This document shows positions 17,407 through 25,303 of a DNA stretch of 42,767 bases, piece by piece. The position numbers and the translations under genes were made by a program. Source of the stretch: a virus (taxonomy: Duplodnaviria > Caudoviricetes); the IMG/VR virus record IMGVR_UViG_3300039916_000028, positions 1 through 42,767 of that record. One strand, given 5' to 3'. The notes under the pieces are model-generated. The model did not search any database and had not been told where the DNA came from. It saw only the letters and a list, made by a program, of their open reading frames with translations. Every line of letters begins with the position of its first letter. The stretch's first letter is position 1.

Positions 17407-18996
17407 ATGGCGCTCCTCGACCAGTACGGCAACCCGCTGCCGGCCACGGCGCGGAAGGTCGTGCAGATGCCGGAGCAGGCCACGCCGACCCTGGCCGGCG
17501 TGCGTCCCGTCTTCAGCGGCCACCCGGCCGAGGGGCTGACGCCGTCCCGGCTGGCCGCGATCCACCGCGCCGCGGCGCAGGGCGACAGCCTCGCTTATAT
17601 GGAGCTGGCGGAGGATATCGAGGAGCGCGACCTGCACTACGCGGCGGTGCTGGGCACCCGCAAGCGCCAGGTGACGCAGCTCCCCCTGACCGTGGAAGCG
17701 GCCAGCGACGATGCGGAGCACGTCCGGCACAAGGATCTGCTGGTGAAGTGGCTCCGCACCGGCGTGCTGAACGCGGCGCTGCTGGACATGGCCGATGCCA
17801 TCGGCAAGGGCTTCTCGGTACTGGAGATCGAGTGGCGGAACCTCGGCGGCGAGATCCTGCCGGCGCGCCTGATCTACCGGCCGCAGCGCTGGTTCGAGGT
17901 CAGCGACGAGGATGGTGAGGAGGTGCGCCTCCGCGACAATGTCGGCACCACGCCGCTGGCCGAGCACAAGTTCGTGGTGCATCGCCACCCGTCGAAATCC
18001 GGCCTGATCGTGCGCTCCGGCCTGGCACGGCTCGCTTCCTGGGCCTGGATGTACAAGAGCTTCACCCTGCGCGACTGGGCTATCTTCGTGCAGAATTACG
18101 GCTCGCCCATCCGCGTCGGCCGCTACGGGCCGGATGCCAGCGAGGCGGACAAGCGGGTGCTGTGGAGCGCCGTCTCGAACATCGCGGGCGACTGCGCCGC
18201 CATCATCCCGAAGTCCATGGATCTAGAGTTCGTGGAGGTCGCCGGCGTCAGCTCGGCGGCCGATACGCACAAGCAGCGCGCGGACTGGCTGGACCAGCAG
18301 ATCAGCAAGGCGGTGCTGGGCCAGACCACGACCACGGATGCGATCAGCGGCGGCCATGCCGTGTCGCAGGAGCACCGGCTGGTGCAGGAGGACATCGAGC
18401 GCGCCGATGCCGCCCTGCTGGCCGGGACGATCACGGCGCAGCTCTTTCGGCGGATCGTCGCCTTCAACTTCCCCAGTGCCACGGACTTCCCGACCGCCCG
18501 CCTCGGCCGGCCGGACGAGGTTCCACTGGAGCAGGTGATCGCCGCGCTCGACAAGCTGGGTCCGCAGGGGCTGGAGGTCGAGGCGAGCGAGATGCGCGAC
18601 CGTCTGGGCTTCAGCGAGCCCGCGGCCGGCGCGGTGGTGATCGGCGGCCGGAAGGTGGTACCCACGACCACGCCGCCGGCCGTGTCGGGCGCGACGCCGG
18701 TCGCCCTGCAGACCGTCATGGGCCAGCTGGTGAGCCGGCACGCGGCGAACCAGGACCCGGAGATGGTGGAGCTGCTGACGCGCCGGCTGTCGCAGGACGC
18801 GCAGGGCGCGCTGGCCGGGCTGACGGACCAGATCCGCGTGGAGCTGCAGAGCGCGACCGACATGCGGGACCTGGCCGACCGCATCAGCCGCCTGAAGCTG
18901 GACCCGCAGGAGTTCGCCGAGGTCATGGGCCGGGCGCTCGCCCTGGCGAACCTGGTCGGCCAGGCCGCGCTGCTGGACGAGATGCGGGGTGGTTGA
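17407..18996 (+). CDS. Portal protein (Mu gp29, DUF935)
   Basis: DIEERDLHYAAVLGTRK, FVQNYGSPIRVGRY and ISKAVLGQT. Confidence 0.92.
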   Translation: MALLDQYGNPLPATARKVVQMPEQATPTLAGVRPVFSGHPAEGLTPSRLAAIHRAAAQGDSLAYMELAEDIEERDLHYAAVLGTRKRQVTQLPLTVEAASDDAEHVRHKDLLVKWLRTGVLNAALLDMADAIGKGFSVLEIEWRNLGGEILPARLIYRPQRWFEVSDEDGEEVRLRDNVGTTPLAEHKFVVHRHPSKSGLIVRSGLARLASWAWMYKSFTLRDWAIFVQNYGSPIRVGRYGPDASEADKRVLWSAVSNIAGDCAAIIPKSMDLEFVEVAGVSSAADTHKQRADWLDQQISKAVLGQTTTTDAISGGHAVSQEHRLVQEDIERADAALLAGTITAQLFRRIVAFNFPSATDFPTARLGRPDEVPLEQVIAALDKLGPQGLEVEASEMRDRLGFSEPAAGAVVIGGRKVVPTTTPPAVSGATPVALQTVMGQLVSRHAANQDPEMVELLTRRLSQDAQGALAGLTDQIRVELQSATDMRDLADRISRLKLDPQEFAEVMGRALALANLVGQAALLDEMRGG

Positions 18997-19202
18997 TGGC
19001 GCACGAGACCTTCCGCCCCGCCGAGTATGATTGTCACGGCTGCGGCCGGCATGTCGTGGACGCCACGCGCTCCTTTCCCTTGCCGGCGCCGCTGCACTGT
19101 TCCTGGTGCCGGCGCCTCGGGGTGACGGCCTCGCTGGAGCTGCTGGCCTGGCGCAGCCAGGCCCGCGTCCGGATGGCCCGCGACATCCTGCAGGAGCGCT
19201 GA
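18996..19202 (+). CDS. Small CxxC...CxxC zinc-ribbon protein
   Basis: YDCHGCGRH...HCSWCRR; TGATG coupling to the portal gene. Confidence 0.55.
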   Translation: MAHETFRPAEYDCHGCGRHVVDATRSFPLPAPLHCSWCRRLGVTASLELLAWRSQARVRMARDILQER

Positions 19203-19228
19203 GGGTGGGTATGTCGGAGGAGGTCCGC

Positions 19229-19387
19229 ATGGCTAACCAAGCGGAGCGGCACCGTGCCGCCGAGGTCCTGACCGGCATGATGGTCTACGCCGGGGCCTGC
19301 GCCCGCCGCCGCTGCCCGGTCTCGTACCGCGCCTTTCACGACCTGCGTGAGCTGTGGCAGTGGATCTGCCGCGAGTACCCGGTGTGA
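19229..19387 (+). CDS. Small hypothetical protein (52 aa)
   Basis: Strong GGAGGAGG RBS; its stop overlaps the gpF start. Confidence 0.55.
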   Translation: MANQAERHRAAEVLTGMMVYAGACARRRCPVSYRAFHDLRELWQWICREYPV

Positions 19388-20736
19388 GCGGCACCATCCG
19401 CCAGACCACGGCCGAGGCGGTCGGGCTGCCGCCGCGCGAGGCGATCGAGTTCTTCCGCCAGAAGACCAACGTCCCGACCCAGACCTGGACCGATGTCTGG
19501 AACGAGGGGCACAGCCGCGGCTTCGCCGTGGCGGGCGCGGCCAGCGAGGCGCTGCTGAACGATTTCCGGCGGGAGATCGACAAGGCCCTGGAGCAGGGCA
19601 CCACGCTTGCCGACTTCCGCAAGCAGTTCGACGCGATCGTGGCGAAGCACGGCTGGGAGTACAACGGCTCGCCCGGCTGGCGCAGCCAAGTCATCTACGA
19701 GACGAACCTCAGCACCGCCTACAGCGCCGGCCGCTATGCCCAGCAGACCGAGCCGGAGACGCTCGCGGCCTTCCCCTACTGGCAGTACGTGCATTCCGGC
19801 GCGCAGCATCCGCGCCTGCAACACCTGGCCTGGAACGGGCTGACGCTGCGGGCCGACGATCCGTGGTGGAGCACGCACTATCCCCCGAACGGGTGGAAAT
19901 GCGGCTGCCGCACCCGCGTGGTGAGCGAGCGCGGCCTAGCGCGCATGGGCAAGGCCGGCCCCGACCAGGCGCCGCCCGTGAACATGCGTCCCTGGGTGAA
20001 CCCGCGCACCGGCCAGGTGGTCGACGTGCCGGAGGGGATCGACCCGGGCTTCGGCTACAATCCGGGCGAGGCCTGGAAGCGTGGCACCCCGCCGCCCGCC
20101 TCAGGCGAGCCCGCACCGGTCCCGACCGCGCCGGCCCCGCCGCCGGCGCCGGGCGGGATGGAGCGGCTGCGCAGCCGGCCGCCGGCGACGGTCCCGCGGG
20201 AATCCACGCCCGCAGTCCCATCACCGGCTCCCGTCACGCCGCGCCCGGCTGTCGCCTCGCCGCCGCAGGTCCCGGCGGCCGAGCCGCCCCCGCAGGTGGT
20301 CACGGCGCGGGGCGGCGTGCCCGCCGCCAGCTCGCCGGCAGACATGCTGCGCTTCCTGGCGGCGCCGCAGGGGAATCTTTCGGTCGGCACCCTCGCGCCG
20401 GAGGTCAGGCTGGCGATCGGCGCCGAGACCGGGGAGGTGAGCCTGTCGGCCGACACCGTGCGCAAGCAGCTGCGCCACCATCCCGAGCTGACGCCCGAGC
20501 AGTATGCCTCCCTCGGCGAGGTGCTGGCGCATCCCGCCATGGTGCTGCGGATGCGGGCGCGGCACGTCTCGCTGCTCCGGGTGGCGGGCGACCTGCTCTA
20601 TGCCGTGGTGAAGGCGACGCGGGACGGGCGCGAGGTCTACCTCGTGTCCTTCCGCCGGACGAACCTGGAGGAGGTGCGGCGCGAGCTGCGCCGGGCCGAG
20701 ATCGTATCCGGGTCGATCGAGGATCTGGAGGAGTGA
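19384..20736 (+). CDS. gpF: Head morphogenesis protein gpF (MuF) with Pro-rich linker and C-terminal PBECR-like putative RNase domain
   Basis: MuF motifs IYETNLSTAYSAGR and HYPPNGWKCGCR, a ~90-aa Pro/Ala linker, then a ~130-aa domain (SADTVRKQLRHHPELTPEQY...YAVVKATRDGREVYLVSFRRT). Domain family assigned by pattern recall. Confidence 0.85.
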   Translation: MSGTIRQTTAEAVGLPPREAIEFFRQKTNVPTQTWTDVWNEGHSRGFAVAGAASEALLNDFRREIDKALEQGTTLADFRKQFDAIVAKHGWEYNGSPGWRSQVIYETNLSTAYSAGRYAQQTEPETLAAFPYWQYVHSGAQHPRLQHLAWNGLTLRADDPWWSTHYPPNGWKCGCRTRVVSERGLARMGKAGPDQAPPVNMRPWVNPRTGQVVDVPEGIDPGFGYNPGEAWKRGTPPPASGEPAPVPTAPAPPPAPGGMERLRSRPPATVPRESTPAVPSPAPVTPRPAVASPPQVPAAEPPPQVVTARGGVPAASSPADMLRFLAAPQGNLSVGTLAPEVRLAIGAETGEVSLSADTVRKQLRHHPELTPEQYASLGEVLAHPAMVLRMRARHVSLLRVAGDLLYAVVKATRDGREVYLVSFRRTNLEEVRRELRRAEIVSGSIEDLEE

Positions 20737-20837
20737 TTGGCGTGCCGGTAGGGCCTCCCGTGAACCCCACATTGCGCTCCCGCCCCGAAGGACGGTGCTA
20801 CGGCTGGGAGAGTGTCACCGTGTCGCGGCACGCCTGT
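20737..20837 (-). ncRNA. Candidate ~96-100-nt tRNA-like (cloverleaf) non-coding RNA convergent on gpF
   Basis: Minus strand folds as GGCGUGCCG/CGGCACGCC closing stem, ACGG/CCGU arm, CCGUCC-UUCG-GGGCGG arm and GUGGGG/CCCUAC arm, with loop-loop UCUCCC/GGGAGG. G-U pairs and the cUUCGg loop occur only on the minus strand. Confidence 0.7.
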
Positions 20838-20842
20838 CACCG

Positions 20843-20871
20843 ATATAGCGAGCCGGCCCGGGGATTTCCAG
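20843..20871 (-). promoter_or_regulatory. Sigma70-type promoter driving the candidate ncRNA
   Basis: CTGGAA-N17-CTATAT on the minus strand (20871-20866, 20848-20843), close to the alphaproteobacterial CTTGAC-N17-CTATAT consensus. The predicted start falls 2-3 nt before the closing stem. Confidence 0.65.
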
Positions 20872-20872
20872 C

Positions 20873-21448
20873 ATGAGTGGCGCCCGCATCGAGGCCCATC
20901 TCGACCTGGCGGAACTGCAGGCGGCGTCCGAGCGGGTCCGCGCCCTGGGCCGGCATCCGGAGCCGATGCTTCGGGCGATCGGCGTCGGTCTGGTCCGCAA
21001 CACCCAGGACCGCTTCGACGCGGAGAAAGACCCCCAGGGGCAGCCCTGGAAGGCGCTCTCGCCCGCCTACAAGGCGGTGAAGAAGGGGCCGGGCATCCTG
21101 CGCGAGGCGGGGATGCGGGGCGGGCTGCAGGGCAGCATCACCTTCGACCTGGATGGCGAGGGGATCGTCGTCGGCAGCATCAAGGCCTATGCCGGCATCC
21201 ACCAGTTCGGCGGGACCATCAAGTTCCCGGCCCGGCAGGGCACCATCTACCGGCACTACAATGCGAAGACGGACGAACTCTCGACGCGCTTCGTGAAGCG
21301 CTCGAAGAGCAACTTCGCTCAGGACGTGATGATCCCGGCCTACGAGGTGAAGATGCCGGCCCGGCCCTATCTCGGCATCTCAGCCGAGGATGAGGACACG
21401 GTGCTGGATGTGGTCGAGAGCTTTCTGACGCGTGCCGTCCGACCCTGA
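20873..21448 (+). CDS. gpG: Virion morphogenesis / tail completion protein (Mu gpG)
   Basis: DPQGQPWKALS, YAGIHQFGG and MPARPYLGIS. Confidence 0.9.
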   Translation: MSGARIEAHLDLAELQAASERVRALGRHPEPMLRAIGVGLVRNTQDRFDAEKDPQGQPWKALSPAYKAVKKGPGILREAGMRGGLQGSITFDLDGEGIVVGSIKAYAGIHQFGGTIKFPARQGTIYRHYNAKTDELSTRFVKRSKSNFAQDVMIPAYEVKMPARPYLGISAEDEDTVLDVVESFLTRAVRP

Positions 21449-21455
21449 GCAAGCG

Positions 21456-22223
21456 TTAGGTCTCGCCATCGGGATCTATGTCGGATGCGCTACTCATGCG
21501 GTGTTCAGCTGCGGCAACAGCCTCTTCTGTAGGCCGGGTAAAGCACCAAAATACGCTCACGCCTTGGGGTGGTGTATTGTCCCCGTGTAGCGATATGCCG
21601 CCGTGCCATGCCATTCGCCAGATCGAAAAATCGGCATGTGCTGGGCTCTGAGAGCATTCATAGAAAAACGTTCCCCGTCCTAGATCGCTGGAGAATTTCT
21701 TCGAGCCAGGAGGAAAATAGCCAGCCACCCCTGCCCAGAGAGCAGGCTCTTCCTGAGGATGGATCATAGCCACATCGGCCCAGAAATCTCGGCAGAGAGG
21801 CCTTCCAAAATGGAAGCAGTAGAGTCCTTTGACGATGAGTGCCATTAAGCCAGTTATTTTGGTAGGACGTAGCTTGATGGCATGAACCAGCTGCCAAATG
21901 CCATTCCTGCATATCCAAACAGGGGGGTCATTAAGTCCCAGTTCTTCTTGAAGCTTCCGGTTCTTCGCTATGCGAGGCCGCACCCTTTCCTGTCGATATC
22001 GGTCACCATCGGCTAGGTTGCTGCCTACCATGAGTGCGGCAGATACATAGTGCTCAAGGGCAGATTTTTGATTGTTGCATGCTCTGCATGCAGCGACCTG
22101 AGGCAGATCTGCTCTATCCTCCTCGAAGAAGAACTCACGCGCGACAACATGATCTGCCGTTGAAGCGATGCCCTGCCCGCCGCAATAGGCGCAGTCCTTA
22201 CCTTTGAAACGTTTGCTGGCCAT
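21456..22223 (-). CDS. HNH-type nuclease with C-terminal extension (moron)
   Basis: CAYCG...TADHVV...VAACRACNNQKS; clearly lower GC than the flanks; AAGGG RBS. Confidence 0.8.
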   Translation of the reverse strand: MASKRFKGKDCAYCGGQGIASTADHVVAREFFFEEDRADLPQVAACRACNNQKSALEHYVSAALMVGSNLADGDRYRQERVRPRIAKNRKLQEELGLNDPPVWICRNGIWQLVHAIKLRPTKITGLMALIVKGLYCFHFGRPLCRDFWADVAMIHPQEEPALWAGVAGYFPPGSKKFSSDLGRGTFFYECSQSPAHADFSIWRMAWHGGISLHGDNTPPQGVSVFWCFTRPTEEAVAAAEHRMSSASDIDPDGET

Positions 22224-22262
22224 CTTACCCTTCGTTGGCAGATAAACGTGGACTAGCTGACC

Positions 22263-22739
22263 CTATAATGGGTCGCCGAAGCGCAGCTTGGGATTACTGC
22301 CGTCGCTGAGAACATTGGTGGCCTGGATGCATGGCAGATGGGTGAAGCCCAAAGCGTAGGAGGCATAAAGGCGATGGAAGCCATCCAGCACGACGAAACG
22401 GAATCCCTCCGGCGACACTTCCTTGGCTAGTCGTATTTGCACTGGTGGAAGATACGTGCGCTCAGCGATTGCCTGTAGAACGTCCACCATTCCTCCAGGG
22501 CCGTCTCCTGTATGGTTCCCCCTGCGGCGGAAGCCGTGGGTGTCCGGATGAATGCCTGGCTTGCGAAGCATTGGTGCGATTTCCTGCAGTGGCACTTCCT
22601 CTTCCCCGGCCATGAGAAACGGAGCAGACGGCAGGCGATAGGAACGGGAGGCCGGCTTGAAGCCCTGTACACCTGCCTCCCAAAGCCATTCGTCGGGGAT
22701 CAGAACGCATAAAGGCGGGGTCGGCAGCTTGATCAGCAT
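22263..22739 (-). CDS. Stand-alone ParB/sulfiredoxin-fold protein (moron)
   Basis: LPPVQI...FVVLDGFHRLYASYALGFTHLPC (DGxHR box), no HTH; GGAG RBS; lower GC. Confidence 0.75.
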   Translation of the reverse strand: MLIKLPTPPLCVLIPDEWLWEAGVQGFKPASRSYRLPSAPFLMAGEEEVPLQEIAPMLRKPGIHPDTHGFRRRGNHTGDGPGGMVDVLQAIAERTYLPPVQIRLAKEVSPEGFRFVVLDGFHRLYASYALGFTHLPCIQATNVLSDGSNPKLRFGDPL

Positions 22740-22799
22740 TGGGTCTCCGTCAGGATATTGCCATCACCAGCCAGTCTCGCAGATCCGGCCCGGCAGCAA

Positions 22800-22920
22800 A
22801 CACCCCGCTTGAGAGGTTTTGAGAGGGTCTAAGAGCGGCCTTCCCGGCTTCCCTGGCGTATCCGGCCGTGCCAGGGTGCCGGAGGCGCCAGCGGCCCCGG
22901 TTCCGGAAAGCTCCCCGAAC
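22800..22920. other. Candidate strong-gyrase-site-like central element
   Basis: 10-bp-phased repeats TTGAGAGGTT/TTGAGAGGGT/CTAAGAGCGG (22809-22838) in the G-I interval, where Mu carries its SGS. Confidence 0.4.
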
Positions 22921-22927
22921 GGCCGGC

Positions 22928-22984
22928 ATGCTCTCCCCGCGGGAGCATTATATAGGGTGTCCGCACCCGGCATCCTCGCCGGCG
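22928..22984 (+). promoter_or_regulatory. Late promoter (PI equivalent)
   Basis: ATGCTCTCCCCGCGGGAGCAT (22928-22948), 22 nt, CATCCT, 8 nt, ATG 22985. Confidence 0.7.
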
Positions 22985-23992
22985 ATGCCACAGATCGTAG
23001 CCCTTCAGAGCGCCCTCGACGCGCCGGCGGACCAGGCCCCCGAATGGGTGCAACTGGTCCCGGCCGGCCGTTCGGTCGGCGTGGATGGCCGCGGTCCCTA
23101 CATCCTGCGCGACCCGCAGGCGGTGATCGCGGCCTCCCTGAAGCGCGGCCGTTTCCCCCTCGACGAGAACCACGCCACCGAGATCGTCGCCAAGACCGGC
23201 GGCGCCTCGCCGGCCCGGGGCTGGGTCGTGGAGATGCAGTCCCGCGCGGACGGTCTCTGGGGCCGCGTCGAGTGGACGCCGGAGGGCAAGGCCCTGGTCG
23301 CCGGCCGGGCGTATCGCGACCTCTCCCCCGCGATCGTCGTCAACGAGGCGGACGGCACGGTGCTGCGCGTGAAGAGCGTGGCCCTGACCAACGATCCGAA
23401 CCTCGCGCTCGCCTCCCTTCATCATCAGCAAGGAACCGGGATGGACCTGGCCAAACTGCGCGCCGTGCTCGGACTGCCCGAGACGGCCGACGAGGCGGCG
23501 ATCCTCGCCGCCGCCACCGCCGCCCACTCCGCCGTGCAGCTGCACGCCGCCGAGCGGAGCCGCATCGCGAAGGCGGCGGGTGCCCCGGAGGATGCGAACG
23601 CGGAGGCCATCGTGGTGGCCCTGCAGTCCCGCGCCGCCGAGGTGCCGGCCACGGTGCGGCAGGAGATGGTCGCGCTGCAGTCGCGCGTGAACGAGCTGAC
23701 CACCGAGCGCGCCCGCGAGGTCGCGGAGCGGGCGGTGGATGCCGCGATCGACGCCGGCAAGCCGATCCCGACCGCGCTGCGCCAGCACTACATCGACCGG
23801 CACATGAAGGACGCCGCCTCCGTGCAGACGGAGCTGGATGGCCTGCCGGCGCTGAACCATGGCGGCCTGGGCGGCCGTCGCGGCCAGCTCCCGGCCGGAG
23901 CCGAAGGGCTGTCGGGCGACGATGTAGCCGTGACGGGAATCTTCGAGGTCACCCCCGAAGCCTACCGCAAGCGCCTTGAGGGGAGCCGCTGA
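22985..23992 (+). CDS. gpI: Head maturation protease gpI with nested scaffold
   Basis: PEWVQLVPAG, PLDENHA, PARGWV, YRDLSPAI and VALTNDPNL. Confidence 0.9.
   Translation: MPQIVALQSALDAPADQAPEWVQLVPAGRSVGVDGRGPYILRDPQAVIAASLKRGRFPLDENHATEIVAKTGGASPARGWVVEMQSRADGLWGRVEWTPEGKALVAGRAYRDLSPAIVVNEADGTVLRVKSVALTNDPNLALASLHHQQGTGMDLAKLRAVLGLPETADEAAILAAATAAHSAVQLHAAERSRIAKAAGAPEDANAEAIVVALQSRAAEVPATVRQEMVALQSRVNELTTERAREVAERAVDAAIDAGKPIPTALRQHYIDRHMKDAASVQTELDGLPALNHGGLGGRRGQLPAGAEGLSGDDVAVTGIFEVTPEAYRKRLEGSR
23441..23992 (+). CDS. gpZ: Scaffolding protein gpZ from an in-frame internal start
   Basis: AAGGA RBS then ATG 23441, in frame just after the protease domain, as in Mu I/Z. Confidence 0.6.
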   Translation: MDLAKLRAVLGLPETADEAAILAAATAAHSAVQLHAAERSRIAKAAGAPEDANAEAIVVALQSRAAEVPATVRQEMVALQSRVNELTTERAREVAERAVDAAIDAGKPIPTALRQHYIDRHMKDAASVQTELDGLPALNHGGLGGRRGQLPAGAEGLSGDDVAVTGIFEVTPEAYRKRLEGSR

Positions 23993-24384
23993 TGGCCGCC
24001 GCCACCGCCGACCTGAACCTGCCGCGCCGTCTCGGCCCGGAGTTCGGCTATCCCGTGAAGAACGGGTCGCAGGTCTTCCGTGACACGCTTGTTGCGCTCA
24101 CCGCCGACAGCGTGCTGGTCCCGGCCGGCACCACCGGCGCCGTGGCCATCGCCGGCCTGGCCGAGCACTACGCCGACAACCGCGATGGCGCGAACACCGA
24201 GGCGGTGAAGTGCCGCCGCGGCGTGTTCCCGCTGGCAACCGACGCCGCCATCACCCCGGCCAGCCTCGGCGCCGCCGTCTACGCGGTGGACGACAGCACC
24301 GTCAGCCTCGACAGCACGGGTGGGCGCCTGAAGGTCGGCACGGTCGCCGGCTTCGAGGCCGGCCGCACCTGGGTCCAGATCTAA
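23992..24384 (+). CDS. Head decoration/cement-like protein
   Basis: ~130-aa beta-rich protein between protease and capsid (VYAVDDSTV...WVQI). Confidence 0.65.
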   Translation: MAAATADLNLPRRLGPEFGYPVKNGSQVFRDTLVALTADSVLVPAGTTGAVAIAGLAEHYADNRDGANTEAVKCRRGVFPLATDAAITPASLGAAVYAVDDSTVSLDSTGGRLKVGTVAGFEAGRTWVQI

Positions 24385-24399
24385 GGGAAGCGCGCTGCA

Positions 24400-25293
24400 A
24401 TGCAGATCACTCCGTCCTTCATGCGCGCCTTCTCGGTGGGCGTGGACACTCGTTTCAACCAGCGCTTCGCGGCGATCCAGCCGACCTACCAGCGCTTCAG
24501 CATGGTGGTGAACAGCACCACCCGCGAGAACGCCTATCCGAAGCTCTCGGAGCTGCCGGGCATCCGCGAATGGATCGGCGACCGGGTGGTGCATTCCCTC
24601 TCGGCCAGCAGCTTCACCATCGTCAACCGGACCTTCGAGGAGACCCTCGGGATCTCCCGCGAGGATATCGAGGACGATCAGTTCGGCCTGTTCAACACCT
24701 CGGTCGACATGCTGGCGCAGGACGCGGCCGAGTTCCCCGACCTGCTGACCTATGGCCTGCTCAAGCGCGGCAACGTCGAGAAGTGCAGCGACGGGCAGTA
24801 TTTCTTCGACACCGACCACCAGACCTATGACGCCTCCGGCGCGGTGGTCAGCGCCAGCAATTTCGGCGGTGGCACCGGCACGCCCTGGTACCTGTTCGAC
24901 GTTTCCCGCCCGCTGCGGCCCCTGATCTTTCAGAATCGGCGGAGCTTCCAGCTGACCGCCAAGACGGCGCTGGACGACGACAACGTCTTCAAGGCGCGGG
25001 AATTCCAGTGGGGCGTCGACGGCCGCTGCAACGTGGGCTTCGGTCCCTGGCAGCTGGCCTACATGTCCCGCCAGCCGCTCACGGCCGCGAACTACGAGGC
25101 CGCCCGGGCCGCCATGGCCAGCCGGCGCCGCCCCAACGGCACGCCGCTCTCCATCCTGCCCAACCTGCTCGTCGTGCCCGGCACGCTGGAGGGCGACGGC
25201 CGTCGCCTGCTGAACAGCGAGAACCTGCCGAACGGCGAGAGCAACCCCTGGAAGGGCTCGGCCGAGCTGCTCGTCGCGGCGCAGCTGGGCTGA
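24400..25293 (+). CDS. gpT: Major capsid protein (Mu gpT-like)
   Basis: PGIREWIGDRV, IEDDQFG, DGQYFFDTDH, PLIFQNR and PNLLVVP. Confidence 0.93.
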   Translation: MQITPSFMRAFSVGVDTRFNQRFAAIQPTYQRFSMVVNSTTRENAYPKLSELPGIREWIGDRVVHSLSASSFTIVNRTFEETLGISREDIEDDQFGLFNTSVDMLAQDAAEFPDLLTYGLLKRGNVEKCSDGQYFFDTDHQTYDASGAVVSASNFGGGTGTPWYLFDVSRPLRPLIFQNRRSFQLTAKTALDDDNVFKAREFQWGVDGRCNVGFGPWQLAYMSRQPLTAANYEAARAAMASRRRPNGTPLSILPNLLVVPGTLEGDGRRLLNSENLPNGESNPWKGSAELLVAAQLG

Positions 25294-25303
25294 CGGAGGC
25301 TTC

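Noticed and set aside
20737-20837. Calling the cloverleaf a real tRNA or a rho-independent terminator
   Set aside because: There is no 7-nt anticodon loop (UUCG cap instead), the closing stem is 9 bp, the T-like loop is oversized, and the terminal CC is paired rather than a free NCCA. There is no U-tract on either strand.
20812-21393. 193-aa plus-strand ORF after gpF as an immunity protein
   Set aside because: It is an Arg/Gly/Pro-rich shadow frame overlapping the well-supported gpG and has no RBS.
21456-22739. Anti-CRISPR locus by position
   Set aside because: The genes are antisense, carry enzyme motifs, are larger than typical Acr proteins, and have no aca-like HTH gene beside them.
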